Assembly: GCA_040081625.1 (NCBI GenBank)
Contig: JBEBGD010000095.1
Span: 1-21,104, forward strand
Source of the DNA: Chthoniobacteraceae bacterium
Lineage (GTDB): Bacteria; Verrucomicrobiota; Verrucomicrobiia; Chthoniobacterales; Chthoniobacteraceae
Length of the DNA stretch: 21,104 nt
Direction: 5' to 3'
The position numbers were made by a program, and so were the translations under genes. Below the pieces are notes generated by a model. That model searched no databases, was not told the DNA's origin, and saw nothing but the letters and a program-made list of their open reading frames with translations. Shown in pieces: positions 18,371 through 21,104 of this stretch (position 1 is the first letter of the stretch; each line of letters begins with the position of its first letter).

Positions 18371-21104
18371 TCGCGGGTGATGACTTCGTCGAGGTTGAGC
18401 AGGACATTCGCGGTGAGCGTGTAAGCGGCGAGTTCGGTCGGGTTCCCGTCGGCCTTCATCGCGCCAACCGTTGCGAGCTTCGCCGCCGCGTCGGGTTGCT
18501 GGTTGTATTTCGCGAGGCGGCTGGTGAGTCCGGCGGCGAGCACCTTTATCTCGTCGTTCGTCGGCGTGCGCCCGGTCGCCCGCTCGAACGCCCACGCGAT
18601 GCGCTGCTGCGGCGTCGTGCCGCCCTCGGCAATCATGCGCTGCGCCAGCGCGCGGGCGGCTTCGACGTAGGTGACTTCGTTGAGCAGCGAGAGCGCTTGC
18701 AGCGGCGTGTTCGTGCGCGAGCGCTTCACGGTGCAGATCTCGCGGCTCGGCGAGTCGAACATCAGCATCGTCGGCGGCGCGGCGGTGCGCTTCCAGATCG
18801 TGTAGAGCGTGCGGCGGTAGAGCGCGTCGCCGGCGTCGGCTTTGTAGCCGCGCAGGTCGCCGTATTTGCTCGTCTCGTCCCACACGCCCTCGGGCATGTA
18901 AGGCCGCACGCTCGGTCCGCCGATCTTCTCGACGAGCAAGCCGCTGATCGCGAGCGCCTGGTCGCGCAGCGTCTCGGCGTGAAGACGCAGCCGCGGCGCG
19001 CGGGCGAGCAGGCGGTTCTCGGGATCCTTCGCGAAGTGCTCGGGCAAGACGCGCGACGACTGCCGATATGTCGCGCTCATCACGATGAGTTTCTGCATCG
19101 CCTTCATGTCCCACTTCAGCCGCACGAACTCCGTCGCTAGCCAGTCGAGCAATTCGGGATGACTCGGCCAATCGGCTTGCGAGCCGAGATTCTCCGTCGT
19201 CTTCGCGAGACCGGTGCCGAAGAACGTCTCCCACGCGCGATTCACCCACACGCGTGCGGTGAGCGGATGCTCGCCGCTCACGAGCCACTGCGCGAAGCCG
19301 AGCCGGTTCATCGGCGCACCCGGCGGCATCGGCGGCAGCGCGGCGGGAAGCATGCGCGCGACCTTGTCGGTGGGCTTGTCGTATTCGCCACGGTTGAGCA
19401 CGAACGCTTCCTTCGGCTCGGGCTTCTCCTTCATCACCATCACGCTCGGGATCAGGTTCTCGAAGACGGTGACCGTGTTCTTCGCCACGGCCACCGCGGC
19501 TTCCGCCTGCTTGAGTTCCACGTCGCCGTTCTCGCGGAAGAACTTCTCCACCTCCGCGCGCTGCTGCGGAGTGCGCTTCGCGGCGTCGAGCATGAGCGCG
19601 GCGCGCAGCTTGGCGGAAATCTTCGCGCCGTCGAACGTGACGAGCGCCGACGGCAGCGATGTCGTCGAGAGGCGGAAGCGCCCGATGTTGTGTCCGCCGA
19701 TCGCGTCGTGCCGCAGCGTGATCGTGATCACCGCGCCCGGCGGCACCGTGAGCGGCGCCGCCGCGGCGAAGAGCGCCTTGCGCGCATCCTTCTTCGTCGG
19801 GCCATCGACCGCCCAGCCTTTGCGATTCTTCTCGCCGCGTTTGCGCTTCGGTTTCTCGGCGACGATGAGCCCGATCTCGTAGCCCTTCTGCGAGTAGTCC
19901 GCCTCCGCGCGCGTGAATGCGGCGACGAGCGGCTTCTGCCCCAGCGCGCTGATCTCCGCATCGACATCGGTCAGCACGAAGTTCCCGTTCGCGTAGCGCC
20001 CGAGGCTTTGATTCGGCAACGACGGATCGGGCAGCGCCTCGAGCAGCAGCCCGCTGAACGTGCCTGCCTCGATCGGCGCTTTGATGACATACGTGTCGTG
20101 CGGCGGATTCAGTCCGCCCGCGAGCCACGAGCCGTCTTCCTGCCGCGTGAAGTCCGCGCCACCTTCGCTGCGGACCTCGTCGGGTTCGAGCAGCTTCCAC
20201 GCGGCCGCGTCGTTCTTGAATTGCGCGCGCGACTTCGTCTCCCACGCCGCGAGTCGCTGCGGCGACGACTTGCGCATCTCCGCGACCTTCGCCTCTGCGG
20301 CCTTCACCACCGCGGTGAGCCGCGCGATCTCCTTCTCCTGCGCCGCGTCGGGCAGAAGGATGGTGGGCTTCGAGTTGCCACCCGTCCGCGTCGCGCCGGC
20401 GCCGCCGAAGTTGTCGAGCACGCCGCTCTCGTCGTTGGAATTGAAGAACGCGAACAGCGAGTAGAACTCCTTCTGCGTGATCGGGTCGAACTTGTGATCG
20501 TGGCAGCGCGCGCAGCCGAGCGTGAGCGCCATCCACGTCATGCCGGTCGTCTCGACGCGATCGATCACCGTCTCCGCAAACCACTCCTCGACGATGCGCC
20601 CGCCTTCGCCGTTGAGCCGGTGATTGCGGTTGAAGCCGGTCGCTGCGATCTGCTCGCGCGTCGCATTCGGCAGCAGGTCACCGGCGAGTTGTTCGATCGT
20701 GAATTGATCGAACGGCTTGTTTGCGTTGAACGCGTTGATGACCCACTCGCGCCACGGCCACATCGCGCGCGACGAGTCGGACTGGAAGCCGTTGCTGTCC
20801 GCGTAGCGCGCGAAGTCGAGCCACTGCTGCGCCATCGCCTCGCCGTAGCGCGGCGATGCGAGCAGGCGATCGACGACCTTTTCGTAGGCGTTCGGAGATT
20901 TGTCCGCGCCGAAGGCTTCAACTTCCTGCGGCGTCGGCGGGATGCCCGTGAGGTCGAGCGACGCGCGGCGGATGAGCGTCGTCTTGTCGGCCTCGGGTGA
21001 AGGCGTGAGCTTCTCGTGCGCGAGCCGCGCGCGGATGAAGGCGTCGATCGGATGAACAAGGAGCGGCGGCGTCCCGCCGCCGAGCAGGATGGTGGATTGC
21101 GTAG
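18367..21104 (-). CDS. DUF1549/DUF1553 (PSD1) protein, 5'-truncated by the window edge
   Basis: Frame stays open upstream of ATG 20835 to the window edge (..[50 protein letters not shown]); [26 protein letters not shown]. Confidence 0.95.
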   Translation of the reverse strand, partial: TQSTILLGGGTPPLLVHPIDAFIRARLAHEKLTPSPEADKTTLIRRASLDLTGIPPTPQEVEAFGADKSPNAYEKVVDRLLASPRYGEAMAQQWLDFARYADSNGFQSDSSRAMWPWREWVINAFNANKPFDQFTIEQLAGDLLPNATREQIAATGFNRNHRLNGEGGRIVEEWFAETVIDRVETTGMTWMALTLGCARCHDHKFDPITQKEFYSLFAFFNSNDESGVLDNFGGAGATRTGGNSKPTILLPDAAQEKEIARLTAVVKAAEAKVAEMRKSSPQRLAAWETKSRAQFKNDAAAWKLLEPDEVRSEGGADFTRQEDGSWLAGGLNPPHDTYVIKAPIEAGTFSGLLLEALPDPSLPNQSLGRYANGNFVLTDVDAEISALGQKPLVAAFTRAEADYSQKGYEIGLIVAEKPKRKRGEKNRKGWAVDGPTKKDARKALFAAAAPLTVPPGAVITITLRHDAIGGHNIGRFRLSTTSLPSALVTFDGAKISAKLRAALMLDAAKRTPQQRAEVEKFFRENGDVELKQAEAAVAVAKNTVTVFENLIPSVMVMKEKPEPKEAFVLNRGEYDKPTDKVARMLPAALPPMPPGAPMNRLGFAQWLVSGEHPLTARVWVNRAWETFFGTGLAKTTENLGSQADWPSHPELLDWLATEFVRLKWDMKAMQKLIVMSATYRQSSRVLPEHFAKDPENRLLARAPRLRLHAETLRDQALAISGLLVEKIGGPSVRPYMPEGVWDETSKYGDLRGYKADAGDALYRRTLYTIWKRTAAPPTMLMFDSPSREICTVKRSRTNTPLQALSLLNEVTYVEAARALAQRMIAEGGTTPQQRIAWAFERATGRTPTNDEIKVLAAGLTSRLAKYNQQPDAAAKLATVGAMKADGNPTELAAYTLTANVLLNLDEVITRE
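21060..21080. repeat. REP-like palindrome inside the PSD1 coding sequence
   Basis: GGAG tetranucleotide leading into GCGGCGG-CGTC-CCGCCGC (perfect 7-bp stem). Confidence 0.5.

Noticed and set aside
13951..20584. DUF1501 frames open 870 bp and 2214 bp upstream into the PSD1 genes (possible frameshift fusions or overlapping genes)
   Set aside because: Arg/Ala/Gly-rich translation; stops are rare in this frame because third-position T is rare in GC-rich genes; Tat signals and ATGA overlaps define the true starts
2809..21000. Many long opposite-strand ORFs (2809-4248, 4431-6317, 13869-16754, 19159-21000, etc.)
   Set aside because: Antisense shadows of well-supported genes, with no recognisable motifs
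1..21104. tRNA, rRNA or known ncRNA genes
   Set aside because: Intergenic gaps are 100 bp or less and show no recognisable RNA gene motifs

Overview
High-GC bacterial DNA with a PVC-superphylum gene repertoire, most likely Verrucomicrobia (inference). From left to right: trmD, coupled to a stand-alone ModF/YlmA-like ABC ATPase; a secreted hypothetical protein with a papain/NlpC-like Cys-His motif; a DUF1549/DUF1553 + DUF1501 gene pair; an FHA-Ser/Thr kinase-TM-TPR-LRR receptor-like kinase; a ~2 kb plus-strand accessory patch; and the 3' part of a minus-strand operon of ATGA-coupled genes (PSD1-DUF1501-PSD1-DUF1501-DUF1501). The accessory patch holds an HU-like/DUF4469 gene, a decayed tandem paralog of it, and a DUF433/DUF5615 toxin-antitoxin pair. 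The most striking feature is this patch. The TA pair lies between two 66-bp copies of the last 22 codons of the terminal DUF1501 gene, which differ only at three synonymous sites. A 9-8-9 palindrome sits at the inner junction, and a third, decayed copy of the same gene end follows the HU-like gene. Together these suggest small integrase-free cassettes stacked serially at the 3' end of a protein-coding gene. All family calls are from motif recognition by eye; no database searches were run.
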